Shown here: positions 38,721 through 53,700 of the stretch, piece by piece
Numbering within the stretch: the stretch's first letter is position 1
How the letters are laid out: each line of letters starts with the position of its first letter
Origin: Raja brachyura
Lineage: Eukaryota
Direction: 5' to 3'
Length of the DNA: 64,000 bases
NCBI GenBank assembly: GCA_963514005.1
Contig: OY740811.1
Span: forward strand, 29,016,001-29,080,000
Program-made: the position numbers and the translations under genes
Notes under the pieces: model-generated
The model's input: only the letters and a program-made list of their open reading frames with translations
Database searches by the model: none
What the model was told of the DNA's origin: nothing

Positions 38721-41700
38721 CCAGACTAGGGTCACTGCCTGCAGTGACACCCCTTGGATTTTTAACTCGATGTTGGAGACAAATGTCAGGAAGCAGCTGC
38801 GGAAACCTCGGCCTAATACAACAGCCGGGAACTTTCTCGAATGTGCTGGAAGCCAGAGAGGCGCAGCGGTGTTAAACCGCACCCTCATCGCCTGGCATCT
38901 CTATCTATATTTTATGCCCTTCCGCCTCTACAATACAACGCACCATTCTGTTATTTACATCATGCAACAACTTGCATTTCTATAATGCAGTCGATACCGA
39001 TATAGGTCCTAATTATGTAGCAAAGAACTACAAATGCTGGTTTTAATCGAAGGCACACACTAAATGCTGGAGTGAGTCAGCGGGACAGGCAGCATCTCTG
39101 GAGAGAAGGAATGGGTGACGTTTCGGGTCGAGGCCCTTCTTCAGGCTCATTATATCGGGTCTCCGATCAGTGGCAGAAAATGGGGATGTCCAAGTTCCAT
39201 CAAAGATGTGGTTTTGGCGAAATCAGAGGAGGAGAGGTAGTGGGGAGGGTTTAAGGACAGTTTGTGATAGGGACGTGGAAGATTCAGGAAGTTGTAGTAG
39301 AAGGATAAAAGTTCATGGGGTGGATAACGTCCGTCAGGAAGAAGCTATTTTGTGCCCATTGCTTGTTCAACCATCCGATCAAACCTCGTTGTGAATTTCT
39401 TCATCTTTATTGGATTTACCGTGATCGTCTAAACTGAGGCGAAGCTGAATGACATGTTCTACCCATAATTTAAACATTTAAGTGCCTGGTGTTCTTGGAA
39501 TTGCTGCCATTTCCCCTCCAATCTTTCCTGAGGTATATTCCTGTTTTCCCATTCCTGTTTTCTCCCCATATCCCTTGATTCCGTTAGCCCTAAGACCTAA
39601 GGGCGGCACGGTGGCGCAGCGGTGGAGTTGCTACCTTATAGTGCTTGCAGAGCCGGGGACCCGGGTTTGATCCCTACAACGGGTGCTGTCTGTACGGTTT
39701 TACGTTCTCCCTATGACCTGCGTGGGTTTTCTCAGAGATTTCGGTTTCCTCCCACACTCCAGGTTAATTGGCTTGGTGTATGTGTATATTGTCCCAAGCG
39801 GGTGTAGGACAGTGTTAATGCGTGGGGATCGCTGGTTGGCGGGGACTAGGTGGGCCGAAGGGCCTGTCTCCATGCTGTATCTCCAAGCTAAGCTATATCT
39901 AACTCTTGAAAACATCCAGTGAATTGGCCTCCACTGCCTTCTGTGGCATAGAATTCCGCAGATTCACAATTCACTGGGTGAAAATTTGTTAGTCCTAAAT
40001 GATCTCCCCCTTATTCATACACTTTGACCCCTGGTTCTGGACTGCCCGAACATCTGGAACATTTTTCCTTCATCTAGCCTGTCCAATTCCTTAAGAATGT
40101 TATAGAAACATAGAAATTAGGTGCAGGAGTAGGCCATTCGGCCCTTCGAGCCTGCACCGCCATTCAATATGATCATGGCTGATCATCCAACTCAGTATCC
40201 CGTACCTGCCTTCTCTCCATACCCTCTGATCCCCTTAGCCACAAGGGCCACATCTAACTCCCTCTTAAATATAGCCAATGAACTGGCCTCAACTACCCTC
40301 TGTGGCAGAGAGTTCCAGAGACCCTATATGTTTATATAAGATATAAGATCCTGCCTCATCCATCTAAATTCCAATGAATATAAGCCCAGTCGATCCATTC
40401 TTTCATCATTTGTCAGTCCCGCCATCCCGGGAATTAACCTGGTGATCCTACACTGCACTCCCTCAACAGTAAGAATGTCCTTCCTCAAATTAGGAGACCA
40501 AAACTGCACACAATGCTCCAGGTGTGGTCCCACCAGGGCCCTATACAACTGCTGTAGGACCTTCTTGCTCCTGTACTCAAATCCTCTCGTTATGAAGGCC
40601 AACATGCCATTTGCTTTCTTCCCTGGCTGCTTTACCTGCATGCTTACTTTCAATTACTTATGTACAAGTCTCGTTGCACCTTCCCTTTTCCTAATCTGAC
40701 ACCATTCAGATCAGTTCTTGCCACCACTGTGGATAACCTCACATTTATCCACATTATACTGCATCTGCCATGCATCTGCCCACTCACCCAACCTATCCAA
40801 CTCGCCCCGCAGCCTCATAGCATCCTCCTCACAGCTCACACTGCCACCTGGCTTTGTGTCATCCGCAAACTTGTAGATGTTACATTTAATTTCTTCGTCT
40901 AAATCGTTAATATATATTGTAAATAACTGGGGTCCCAGCACTGAGCCTTGCGGCACCCATACTAGTCACTGCCTGCCATTTTTGAAAAGGACCCGTTAAT
41001 TCCTACTCTCAGTTTTCTGTCTGACAACCAACTCTCTATCGTGTCAATACCCTACCCCCAATACCATGTGCTCTAAATTTACACACTAATCTCTTGTGTG
41101 GGACCTTGTCAAAGGCTATTTGAAAGGCCAGATACACCACATCCACTGGCTCTACCTTATCCATTCTACTTGTTACATACTCACAAAAAGGGTTTGTCCA
41201 TAAATGAATGGAGATAAATCTAACCGTGTCTGTATCACCGAGTGTGTTTCCGTACAGTTTCTAGCAGAAAATGCTGGACATAGTGAGTCAGGCAGTGTTT
41301 GTGGAGAACATAGAACTAACTGCACAGGAACGGAGTCTGAAGAAGGTTCTCGACCCGAAACGTCGCCTATCTCCTTCGCTCCTCAGATGCTGCTGCACCC
41401 GCTGAGTTTCTCCAGCTTTTTGTGTAACCCTCAATATCTTTGCTTAACATGATGCCAGATACGATGAAAGAAAACAATATATAATAAAAAATAAACCAGC
41501 AGATGCTGGTTTATACCAAAGACAGATACACAATGCTAGAATAACTCAGCGGATCAGGCAACATTCCCGGAGAAAATGGGCAGGTGACGTCTCGGGTGTG
41601 GACCCTCCAGGAGATGTGGGGTATATGGGATCGGTAATGCTATTGGATATCAAAGTGTGATGCTCATAACTTGTGTTTCCACTTGAAAGTCCAATGCTCA

Positions 41701-44700
41701 AGCCTTGATGTTTGAAGATATTGCTACATTTTTGGTTGAGTTTTGAATAAAACAGACTTGATAAATGAGCATCCTATTTCTGACATCCTTTGAATCTGCA
41801 ATTGCAATGTTCTAGGTTAAGATTGGGAATAATTCCAATCATTGGAGAGTTTTCATGGTTTGCAATACGGAGGAGGACAGATGTGGCAGCTGGGCGAGGA
41901 CAGTGTGTTTTCCTGTGTTTGATTTGATGCCAAAAAATGTTGTGATATTTATTGAATGAATACTGGGCACTATTGTGGCCACTTCTTTGCCTTTTGTATA
42001 CTCTTGGGTTGCCATCTCCCATGTGTTTGAATTATTAGCAATCCAAGACACACTCGAGATCTGTGGAGGAGGAACTGTTTGTTGTTAAAAATAAATACTT
42101 TTGTCCAAGAATAGTAGTATCTTCAGCTGCTCTGCCACTTCACCTGATAACTCGATGTATTCCCGCCTCCTGACAATTTGGAGCAACTCATTCAAAGGAT
42201 GTGTTGCCGATATTTGATGATGCCTCACATATCCTGAAAAATATGTTACATCAAGAACAGAAAATGATGTTAACACTCGGCAAGTTAGGCATCATCTGCG
42301 ACGAGAAATAGTTGATGTTTCCAGTTAACGATCTTTCATCAGAATCTGCTGGGTATTTCTTGAGTTCATCAGCCGTAGGATCAGAATTAGGGCATTTGGC
42401 CTATCGTGTCTACTCTGTCATTGTATCATGGCTGATCTATCTTATCCTCTCAATCCTGTTTTCATGCCTTCTCCCCATAACCTTTGTCACCCATACTAAT
42501 CAAGAACCTGTCAATGTCCGCTTTAAAAATACCCAATGACTTGGCTGCCACAGCCGTCTGTGGCAATGAATTCCCCAGATTCACCACCCTCTGACTATAG
42601 AAATTCCTTCCCATCTCCTTTCTAAACGTGCATTGTTTTATTCTGAGGCTGTGCCCTCTAGGCGTAGATCTCCCACTCGTGGAAACATCCTCACCACATT
42701 CACATTATCCAGGCCTTTCGGTTTCAATGAGGTTCCCCATCATCCTTCTAAATTCAGTACAGGCCGAGAGCTGTCAAACAGTTTTGTTGCATTTTTGTGA
42801 CCTGGAACTCTGGAGTAAGAATAATAAGCCATTTCTACTTTGAGTACATAGGGATTTAAATATCCTGAAGCTGGATTTAAATGCTTGTCCTCCTCAAATT
42901 ATTTGTCTTTCTGTTTTGTAATAGGGATTCACCTTTGGTCTAATCATTCTCCACAGATAGTGGACATAATATGATGAAATGTCTCTGCACAGCTGTCTGT
43001 GGGGATAGCATTACACTCTGGGATTAAGTTAGAAGGTGTTTTGTTCTGCAATATTCTACTTGAACGATTTTATGTGCAATTACAAAAGAGGAGTTGCACC
43101 TCACTGGCAATGATTGTTAACAAAATAGTTTGTGTTGTATACCTGATCAAATAAAACGATGTGATTCAAAATATGAATAAAGTTCCTTCTACTTCCCTTG
43201 GGCAAAATGTTATAGCTGGTCAGAGCATGGGGCTGCTAGGCAGCGTACTGCTCAGGACTTCATTATCTTGCAGATTAGCAGGGCAACAGGAGTAAAGTCT
43301 GGCTGTTAGATCTTATTCATTAATTTTCAGTACAACCTTTTTTTAAAAGGATATATTATCAATGTTAATACAGGATGGTAGCATTACTGCAAATGAAATT
43401 ATGGGGTAAACACTGTAGTGCAGGGACAGGCACTTCGACCTATGATGCCAAACATAATTAAACAAATTCCTTATATGATCCATATCCCTCCATTCCCTGC
43501 ATATTCATGTGTCTGTTCAAAAGCCTACTACCATATCAGCTTCTTGTACCACCCCAGGCAGCAGATTTAAGGAACCGACCACTCACCGTAAAAACAAACA
43601 AAAAAAGATGTCCTGCGCATTTTCTTTAAATCTTCCCCCTCTGACCCCTGCTGCATTACTCTCGTCGTTGGTGCCTCATGCATCAATCTCCCTCCATAAC
43701 CGGCAAGAGCAATACTGACCAATGATCAGACTGGCCAAAATGAGGAGGGGGATGGATGGATCGATAGGCGTATTTGATGGTGGTATAGCAATGGTCTAGA
43801 GTGTTAACACCCCAAGTTCAGAAGTAGACATGCTTATGGTATTTGGGGATTGCATTCCTGAGGTTTGCCCAATTGAAGTTGCGAGTGATGATGAATCGGG
43901 TATCAGGGTTTGCTATCTCAAAAGAATTGATGACCGAGTACAATCATCTTAGCGTTGGATTTGGGTGCTGTGTAGACTGCTCTCAAGATGGTTGAAGTGA
44001 ATTCCCATGGTGGATTAGTGGGATGGCATTTCATGATCAGTTATTCCAGAACAGAGGAGCAGAATTTACCCAAGTCCGTCACATCAGAGTACCACGAAAC
44101 ATTGACAATAAAGCAGATACCACCGTTTTCATTATGTCTGAATATTGTATGCGGTTCGTACTATAATTAGAGAAAACCGTGCTTTGTATAAGAGTATCAA
44201 GGCTGAGCCATGTTTCAGTGAATCAAGAACAGCAGTCTTGTTCTGAGCTCTTCAAGTTTGTCCTCGAGTGATTGAACGTTGGCTAGAAGTATGCTGAGGT
44301 GGGGGGGGGGAAGGGTTAGCTTGTTGTTATAGTGGATGCAGCCTCGTAGATTCTTCTGACTCGCCAGAGGTATGGACACATGCACACTGAGCAGATGCTT
44401 TGGCAGGTTATCACCTGTCTTGTTGATTCCAACTCATCTGCCTTTCACTTTAAATCCTCTCAGGAAGTGTTTCCATCAAAAATCCAATTGACATTCCCAA
44501 ATTTTACAGATGGCTTCTGCACCTTGCATACCTATTTTAATTGGCTTCAGAAGAATTCATATTATTCCTGATTTGTAGCCTGTTTTTCAGCAAGACACTG
44601 GCCTTTTACTTTTCCTCCTTGCAGAATCATAGAGACAACCATCATGCATCTGGGGCCATCAGTTCACTGTCTGCACTGACCATCAAACACCTATTTGCAC

Positions 44701-47700
44701 TAATCTGACATGAATTCTATTTTTATTCTCCCCGGTTCTCTTTAACTCTGTCCAGATTCTTCCACTAACGTAGGTAATAGAAACATTTTACTAGGGCCTA
44801 TTATACTACTAATCCTGCATGGCTTTGGAATGGGATGGGGGTTGGGGTGGACCGGAGCATCCGTGGAGGCTCATTTGCTCATGGAGAATATGCATTCACC
44901 ACACTGACAGGATCAGACGTCAGGATTGAGCCCAGATCTCTGGCACTGTGAGACAGTGAAAGCTTTTCACTGTACCTCGGTACTTGTGACAATAAACTAA
45001 ACTAAACAGTGACTCTGCGAGCTGCACTAATTCGAGCGTCCATTTTATCCCGGGGATGCTGGGAAATTCCTACAGCGACGTGGGGATGTGCAAAACCAAA
45101 TGATGTTTGCTCTTCTGTCTCTGTTTTTGATTAAATTGATTGAAAGATACAGCATGGAAACAGCCCGTTTGGCCCACCGGGTTCACGCCGCCATCAATCA
45201 TCCGATCACACTAGTTGAACATTAACCCACTTTTGCATCCTCTCCTGACACACGGGGAATAATGTACAGAAGCCAATTAACCTACAAACCCACACATCTT
45301 TGGGATGTGGGAGGAAACCTGTATGATCACACGGAAAACATGCAAACTCCTGAAAGGCAGCACCCGAGGTCAGGTTCGAACCTGTACCACTGGCGCTATG
45401 AGGTAGAAGCTCCAGCAGCTGGTGTCTGAATGTGCTTTCCTTCACAGTTCATGATAACAGGTTGTCAAAGATTAAAATAACTTCCGAGTTAGGAGTTTAC
45501 TGGACGAAGGAATGTTTTATTGCATATAAGCACGGATGGAATGTACAATGTATCAAAGTTTCTCAAAATTTTAAAATTTACAATAGGTTATCAAAAGGGG
45601 ATGCAGTCAGATACTCAAACTGCCCATGTTTGTATATTATCCTTGCGTATCTATACATCTTCATGTTCATGGATGCAGAGAGATTATAGAGAAAACAGAT
45701 TATCTTAACACTTCATAGCATGCATCACAGGCAGTCAGTTGAACTTGAGTTGGTTTGAGTTGAACACAATTTAACTGTGACACTAAACAAGGAGAAAAAG
45801 TCCAATCTATCTCATGAAGAGTAAGCAAAACTCTGTAGTCATACATTCTGGCAACAAACAAGGTTTGGTCTTGCAGTTTGTCGGTTCTGCTGCTGGAGAA
45901 ATGACTGCCTTCTGTACCCACTCCCAAACATTAACCGAAAAATCACCAACTGTGATGTCATAAGGCAGCCACTCACCAATGACGTTCTAACTCGTGCTCA
46001 GTTGAGTTCTTCCTTGATTCACTCAGCTCCGCATTTCATCAAATTCCCGATCCAGGCATGGACGGAAGTGTTGCTGCAAGAGAGCTGACAATAGCTGTTC
46101 TTTTCACACCAGTGTAGCCATTTATTATGGAGGCTCAGCAAAGCTTGTTGGTGGATTCCATTGGGGAAATCCCAGCAACATTTAGGATTTGATCATTTGT
46201 AAGTACCCTCTTCCCCTGACTTGCATACGAGTCCACCCTCACTGATTCCCTTTTATCTGAAAGATTAATAATGTTTCAGTTCAAAAGGTGAAGCTTGTCC
46301 TGCTGAGTATCTCCAACATTTCTATTTTTAACATGGAAGAAAATACTGCAACATTTATGCTGGATGAATATGTACTTGTTTTTAAAGTTTCTGGGTTATT
46401 TGTTTTGTCTTTCAGTGAGAAGGAGATTCTACATCATGACAAACATTATGAACCGTTCTATTCTTCATTTGTGGCGTTGTCTGCACATTACATCTCAACA
46501 GTCTGTACACAAAGTGAGTATTTCTGATCAAATCTGTTATAGGTTAATATTATTTTAATTCATTTCATAAAGAATTGTAATGGTTGTCAGCATGGGGAGA
46601 CTGGACTCCTTGTAGTTAGATCTGGGCTGGATGTAAGCTCCAGAGATGGAGCTGGAGGTTTAGGGGCACCTTCACCTGTGAGTGAGGAAATGTTCTGATA
46701 AAAGTCAAGGCATTTGTCCACATCAACACCCTTTTACTGTTACTGATTAGATTTTGAATGACCCAAGGGCTTCCAGGTATAGAAACATAGAAACATAGAA
46801 AATAGGTGCAGGAGGAGGCCATTCGGCCCTTCGAGCCAGCACCGCCATTCATTGTGATCATGGCTGATCGTCCGCAATCAATCACCCGTGCCTGCCTTCT
46901 CCCCATTTCCATTGACTCCACTAGCCTCTAGAGCTCTATCTTAAATCTCTCTTAAATCCATCCAGTGATTTGGCCCCCACTGCCCTCAGTGGCAGGGAAT
47001 TCCATATTACCATGTCTTGTGTGGTATGACAAGTCAGTAAGTTTATTGGTCAAGTATTCACATATAAGGAATTTGCCTTGGTGCTCCCCCCACAAGTAAC
47101 ATTGAATTATGCAGCACAGATGGCAGTCATTTGCCTTCTCATTGCCTTGAAAGCTTCCTAGATTGTCCTACTGTAAGAGTTTTTGAAAGTTTCCATGCTA
47201 GTTTAATTTATTTACTTTTTAATACCTTAAATAGTTAATGTTTTGGAAATTTATTGTATTTGTTGCCAACTCTTCCAATATTTCTAGTTCCTAGGAACCA
47301 ATTGCTGTCTGTTACTGCCGCATGTAAAATCCTGATTGAATTTTCATTGATGCGTCTCGAGAATCCAGATGAAGCATGTGCTGTTTCACAGGTAATGACT
47401 TTACTCTTCGGACTGGTTTAATTGTATGGACTTCTCTGATGAATATTCATTATCCAACAAAGTAGGATTCAATCTCTCCTTTCTCCTCATTCTTCTTTAG
47501 TTTTCTCATTGGTGTCTGGTCTGGATAGTGACTGATAGGTTTATCACCTCTCCTAGGGTTCACCTCTCCAATGGGTCAAATCCCATTCCATGCCTCAAGA
47601 ATGTAACACGCAAACGCTCAATTGCAGCATTTGTTGGAAGGGAAATTCTTTTAGAAATGGTGTTAAATTAAGGTCTTATCTCTTCTCTTTGGATGAGCAT

Positions 47701-50700
47701 CCAAGATCCTTTTCTCATAGTGAGTTCTTCTCATGCTCCAAATAACTATTACAAAGGGACAAAGGACATTTATTATCACATACACCAATTGGTGTTGTGA
47801 AATTTGACTTGCCAATGCAGCACATGAATAAAGATAATACACAACACTAGAGTATTTAACAAAAAACATAAAAACATCTCCCCACAATGGTTCCCACTGT
47901 GGGGGAAGGCAGCAAAGTCCAGTCCCATCCCCAGGTCACCCATAGTCGGGCCTATTAAGGCCTCTGCAGCTGCTGCTACGGCAACCCGATGCTTCAGGCC
48001 CACTCGCCGGATAATGGAGTTCTGGCATCGGGTGAACACTCTCAGCGCCCCAGAGTGTCTGGAGCGGCCGCTTCCTCCCCGGAGTTCGCAGCTCCCGTAG
48101 TCCACGGGCACGCTGGTCGGAGCTCCGACTCTGGTGATCTCGGTGTGAGATCCCAGGCTCCGCGGTTTTTTTAAACTCAGTGCCGCCAGCCCGCGGCTGG
48201 AAGCTCCACAGACCGCAGCTCCGCGGTTGCAGTCGGCGGTCCCAGCCCTCCAGAGCTCCACCGCATGGTGACCCGGGCAAGGCATCGCCCGCTCCATGAT
48301 GGCGCCCCAGCGCTGTGTGCCGCCAACGAAGCTGAAGTCCCGGCCAGTCTCGGCAGGAAACGCCGCTCCATACTGCCTGTAGGCCACGAGGAAGGGGCGA
48401 AGATACGGCCCGGAGAAAAGCCGCATCTCTGACCAGGTAGGTACTGAGAAAATAGTTTCCCCCTTCCCCCCCCACCCTCTACATAAAAATATTAAAATAC
48501 CTCCAAAAACAAACACTTTAACTAACTAAAAATATTAAAAAAGAATGAAAAGACTAACAGCTGCTGGCAGGGCGGCCATACTCGACGGCGCCCCCTATTA
48601 TTAGCCCCCTAAATTATTAACTAGCTGGACCAAAAACAGATAAACTGATTTCAGTTTATTTCAGTGCAGTGAAATCCACACCATGCTGTGTGAAAATTGC
48701 TTGGTGTTTACAGAGCTGCCAAGTAGGACGGATTTTCTGTATTTTGTACGGAAATGCGATAAGAATACGGATGTACGGATTTGCTTTGTAAAATACAGAT
48801 TTTTTAAAAATCGGCCCTACTTCCTGTTTCATCTTGCTGCTTAAAAAATGCAAGGAGATAAAAAGTCATGCTGTAACTAAAAATTATAGCTGATTAAATC
48901 TATTAGTAGCAATGTTACAACATTTTGAGATTTTAAAAATCAAGTCTGCAATTTATCCCATCAGATAAAGCATACAAAGAAGTTTAATTTGACACCTAAT
49001 TCACTTTCATATCTTCAGTATTAAAAAAGTTATGACCATTTGCATACTCGGAAATTAGCATCTTGTTCCCCATTGCTTTTCCATTGACTTAACACAAAAG
49101 TTGTGATCGAGGACAGTCAAAAGCCCATAACTTTCTTAAAAATTAAGAGAACTGAAAGAAATTTGCAGTTATTATAGATTGAAGCATTCTGAAACTAATA
49201 TGAAACAATCTTACTTGGATGACCTGAAATTAAAGCATATAATTAGTTAGTTACCCAATTGTAGCTAATTACAAAATTCAATTACTAGATGTAAACATCT
49301 ATCCATTTCTTAAGAAAATATTAATTTTTTTTTAAAGCCTAAGTGTCCAAATAACATTCACACAAGAATTCACAAGATAACATGATTTTTAAATCTAATT
49401 GTCATTAATTTATAGGCCAAATTGAAGGAATTTAGTGTTTAATGCCTGTAAATTAATGGGCATTTTAAACAGCTTGTGAGTGGGATTTTCTGGAACGCGC
49501 TGTATTGGAACGTTGCGGTTGCAGTGAATTTAAACCCCATGTCGCAGGAAAAATTCTGCCAGTTCATATGGGGACTAAATCACCGTTTCGCAACATGAAA
49601 TATTGATTAAAGTCCCCTAAACAAGCAAGTGTATATGTAAAAAATAAACAGCTTTCACTTACCTGTCCCCTACATAAAATCGGTCCCCATTGTCGGCGTT
49701 CACGGCATTAGGAGCTAATTTTTATTTTACTGCAGCGCAGAAATAGACGGGCGATTTAAAAAAAACAAAAAAACAATTTACTTACCGGCAGTCGGTACGA
49801 ATCTCCAGAAATAGCTCGCACTCCGAGAAAATATTATTCCGAATGGCAAGGGGAAAACCGCATTTTAACCCCCCCCCCCCTTAAAGTCGCCAAAATCGCG
49901 CACGGGGCCAGTGGCAGAACTGCAGCACCGCTGAAGGTAAGTTTTGTAACATACCTACTATTAGTATTTTAAATTTCAAGATCTGGATGATTATTTTTGT
50001 AAGCTTTGATCTGCCTGGCCCGCTACAGGTTTAAACAGCGCTGTCAGTTTAGCACGACAGTGCTAAGGGTTCTAATTATAGCGCTACCAGCTGGAGCTGT
50101 ATTGCTTTTACACATAGCACTATGGGCTTTACACATAGCGCTATGGGTCACAGACTGTTCAGGGAGGGGGAATAAGAGAGGGAGGTAGAAAAAAAGGAAG
50201 GAGGGAGGGATAAAGAGAAGGGGGGAAAGGGGGAGGGGGAGAGAGGGAGTGAGGGAGAGGGAGGGAAAGAGAGGAAGGAGGGAAAGAGAGGAAGGAGGGA
50301 GGGAGAGGGAGGCTTCCAAAATGGCTTCTACATCATCATCTGGTGCTAAAAGCAGGAAGCAGCTGGTCAAACAAATGTATACAAAGAGATGGCAATAAAT
50401 GCACTGTCAAGTAAGGTGCGTAGAGACATGTCAATTGGTAGCAAAGTTATGCATTCTTGTACTGTTACATGGGTATGACCGCACATAAAAAACAGCAAAA
50501 TGGCACTGCGTAAAAATACTGATTTCCTCAGCAAAATACTGATTTTCAGGTACCAGAATACTGAAATGCTCTGACAAAACTTGGCAGCTCTGTGCTCATG
50601 GCAGTATAACAAAGATTACATTTAAAAGTGCTTGATTGTAAAGTACTTTGAAATGTCCTGAGTGCATTGTAAGATCCAAATAGTTTTGATTTACGTCTAC

Positions 50701-53700
50701 CCATCTTAGGGTATTGAGGGCTGGGGCATTTCAGAATGTAAGAAGTATTGATCTTCCTGCAAATGGGTAATTAGAAGTCGAAGGTAGTGTTGTGTTGTAA
50801 CAAAAAGGGTAGAACTTGAGTGGCTTTGATCTAATTTTACTGGCTGAGATGGACTATTCCAATTCCTTTATTTAGCTACCGTGACAAAATTCATGTTCTT
50901 GCTACTTTCAGAAACTACCTTAAAATTGATGCGTTTTACAGTGTTTTCGACTTTTCAATCATTGTCATAATTCTTCCTCAGAAACACTTGATCCTATTGA
51001 TCAAGGGCTTGTGCACTGGCTGCAGCCGACTGGACAGGACTGAGATCATTACATTTACAGCGATGATGAAGTCAGCCAAACTTCCGATGACAGTAAAGAC
51101 TCTCTCAGATGGTAAGCCTTTTGAATGTGAATCTCAGCTGTTTATCTTGTTGTTGTTAACCAATTTCCATGAAATCCTTGGTGTTCAGGTGAGGTCGCAT
51201 TGGAAGTACTGTGTTCAGTTTTGAGCACCCTGCCATAAGAAGGATGTTTTTAAGCTGGAAAGAGTGCAGAGAAGATTTGTCAAGGATCTTTCCAAGATTT
51301 GAGAGGTTTGGCAGGCTAAGACTTTATCCCTTTGAGCGCAAGAAGCTTCTAGAGAAGAATAAATTAATGATGGGGAATAGGTAGAGTGAATGCACGACCT
51401 GTTTTGCAGGGTAGGGGAATCAAGAACTAGAGGGCAGAGGTTTACAGTGAGAGGAGAAAGATTTAATGGGGACCTGAGGGGTAACCTTTTCACTCAGAGT
51501 GTGATGGGTATATGGAACGAGCTGCCAGAGGAGGTAGTTGAGGCAGGTTTGAATAAACACATGGATAGGAAAGATAGACACAAAATGCTGGAGTAACTCA
51601 GCGAGATAGGCAGCATCTCTGGATAGAACGAATGGGTGACGTTTCAGGTCACAACCCTTCTTCCGACCAGGGAAGGTTGAGACGGATATGGGCCAAACGA
51701 GTGCTAGTGGGACTAGCTTAGATGGGATATATTGGTCAGCTTGAGCAAGTTGAGTCCAGGGGCCTGTTTCCATGCTGTATGGCTGTAACAGCCTGAATAA
51801 TTTATGGTTTTGTTATGCTTAAATCCAATAAAATAATTTATTAATCCAGTGGAAGATCAAAAAGAGACCGTCTCTCCATTGACACCTGAACTACGACAAA
51901 AAGAAGTGCAAATGAACTTCTTGAACCAGCTGACTTCTGTTTTCAACCCAGATGTATCAAACTCATCTGCTCCATCTACTGTGACTCCGGTAAATGAATT
52001 CTGCACTTTTTTTTGTTCGGGCCATGTCAACAATCATAAAATATTATAGGATTTTGATTTGCAAAAATCTGGTTTTGCAATTCATTCCAATAAAATGGTA
52101 CCAGTGGGATAATGTAGAGGGTACCAAGAGGAATCAACTGGAATATCTGAAATGGTGGGTTATTTTAGAATGTAGTTACTTAAGGAAATTCATGACATTG
52201 TTTCTGACTAGAGTAGGGGACTAATGTTAGATCTTTATTTGATGGAACACATGACCATCTTGAATTATTTTAAATTAAAAACAAACTGAAACAACACATT
52301 GTGTGTTGTGAAACAACACATTCCCTCTATTTCACTCTGCTTGATTGTATGAAGCTATTTGCAGAATAAATATAATCAGGTAAACCCTTTCTTTTGTATA
52401 TGAATAGAAAGGAACCATTCTGCCCCTTACAACCCGTTCTATCACTTACTGATTTGTTTTTTAGTTCTATTCACCCGCATCAGCAAATCCAGGATTTTTG
52501 TTTCAAATAAGAAGAACATCACTGCTTTTCGAGTTACCCGCCTTAATGTTTTGAATAGTTCAATTGACCAATTTATTGAAGTTATGTGAATTATTACCTG
52601 TATCATGATGTAGCTGGGTATCTGCAAGAAGTTGCTGATTACTGAGAAGTTGCTGAGAAGTTGAAGAAGTATCTCCATATTTTTACTCTCTAAGTGGTTA
52701 TTGTCAGTTAAGCCGAGATGGGAATCTAGGTTCAGGGCGAATATATAAGGATTTTTACCCCAAAATATTATTTTTAATCTGTTGTCCTTTACCAGTTCTG
52801 CAAACAGGTAGCTGAAAACATGACATACAAGAGAGAGTGGTTGGCGTGGTGGGGAATCAAACACCGACACGGACTGGTGCAGTTGCACAGCTTGTCTTCT
52901 TCATGTGAAGTTTGAGTGTCTTTTTTTTAATTTGTCAGGTGGATGGAGAAAGTGATGACCAGACCGTAACAGATCAAGCAACAGTTACTAAGATGAAAAA
53001 CGCATTCATTGCACAGAACGTGTCCAGTTTGCAAGCATTGGGTGAGTTTAAATGTGAAAACTTCACCCTTAAGAGAGCTGCAGTGGAATGTTATTATTTT
53101 AAAGCAATTTGAGTCGTTCCTATAATAAATGTGATGACAAATGTTACATAAATGTACTCATGCTTACAGACGTTAAACATAGCAAATCAATTGGGCTGTT
53201 TAAGAAGGAACTGCGGATGCTGGAAAATCGAAGGTAGACAAAAATGCTGGAGAAACTCAGCGGGTGAGGCAGCATCTATGGAGCGAAGGAAATCGACGAC
53301 GCTTCGGGTCGAGACCCTTCTTCAGACCAATTGGGCTTGCTGGTTAACTAAATACTGTTTTCAGACAGGAATGATAGACCTTTTTGACCCTTAATCCTGT
53401 GTTACTTACTCCACATCCAAAAAGCAAAGCTAGACATGTAACCTTAACTCTGAGATGTTGGGTAAATAATGATTCCATAAATTTAAAATGATTATCGAAC
53501 AAACTAAATACTGTTGTTGTCTATTTGAGTTTTGGGACTGCATGTGCATTTTGGTGAACTTGTTGCTATTCATATGGCCATACCTGAAGCATCTACGTTT
53601 TGAGTCACTAACTCGGGATCAGACTGTAGAATCGATATATGGGCTGAGAAACATTTGGGTAATTTAGTGAAGAACACAACTGTCGGGTGAGACTGATATG

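Larger units (their letters stand above)
39550..41180 (-). mobile_element. CR1 LINE fragment carrying two nested insertions
   Basis: ORFs 40324-40653 and 40711-40956 with PQGSVLGP and FADD motifs. Confidence 0.9.
48711..50592. mobile_element. non-autonomous TIR element (hAT Tip100-like ends)
   Basis: Perfect 14-bp TIR CAGAGCTGCCAAGT / ACTTGGCAGCTCTG; subterminal AATAC(G/T)G repeats; no TSD visible. Confidence 0.65.

Noticed and set aside
47776-48516. 246-aa and 179-aa minus-strand ORFs
   Set aside because: They lie in a GC-rich repeat, show no recognisable domain, and open frames are expected at this composition.
48550-48595. Possible second HDV-like ribozyme at the 5' end of the 47752-48595 element
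   Set aside because: Only a simple hairpin forms; no P2, P3, L3 or J4/2 elements were found.
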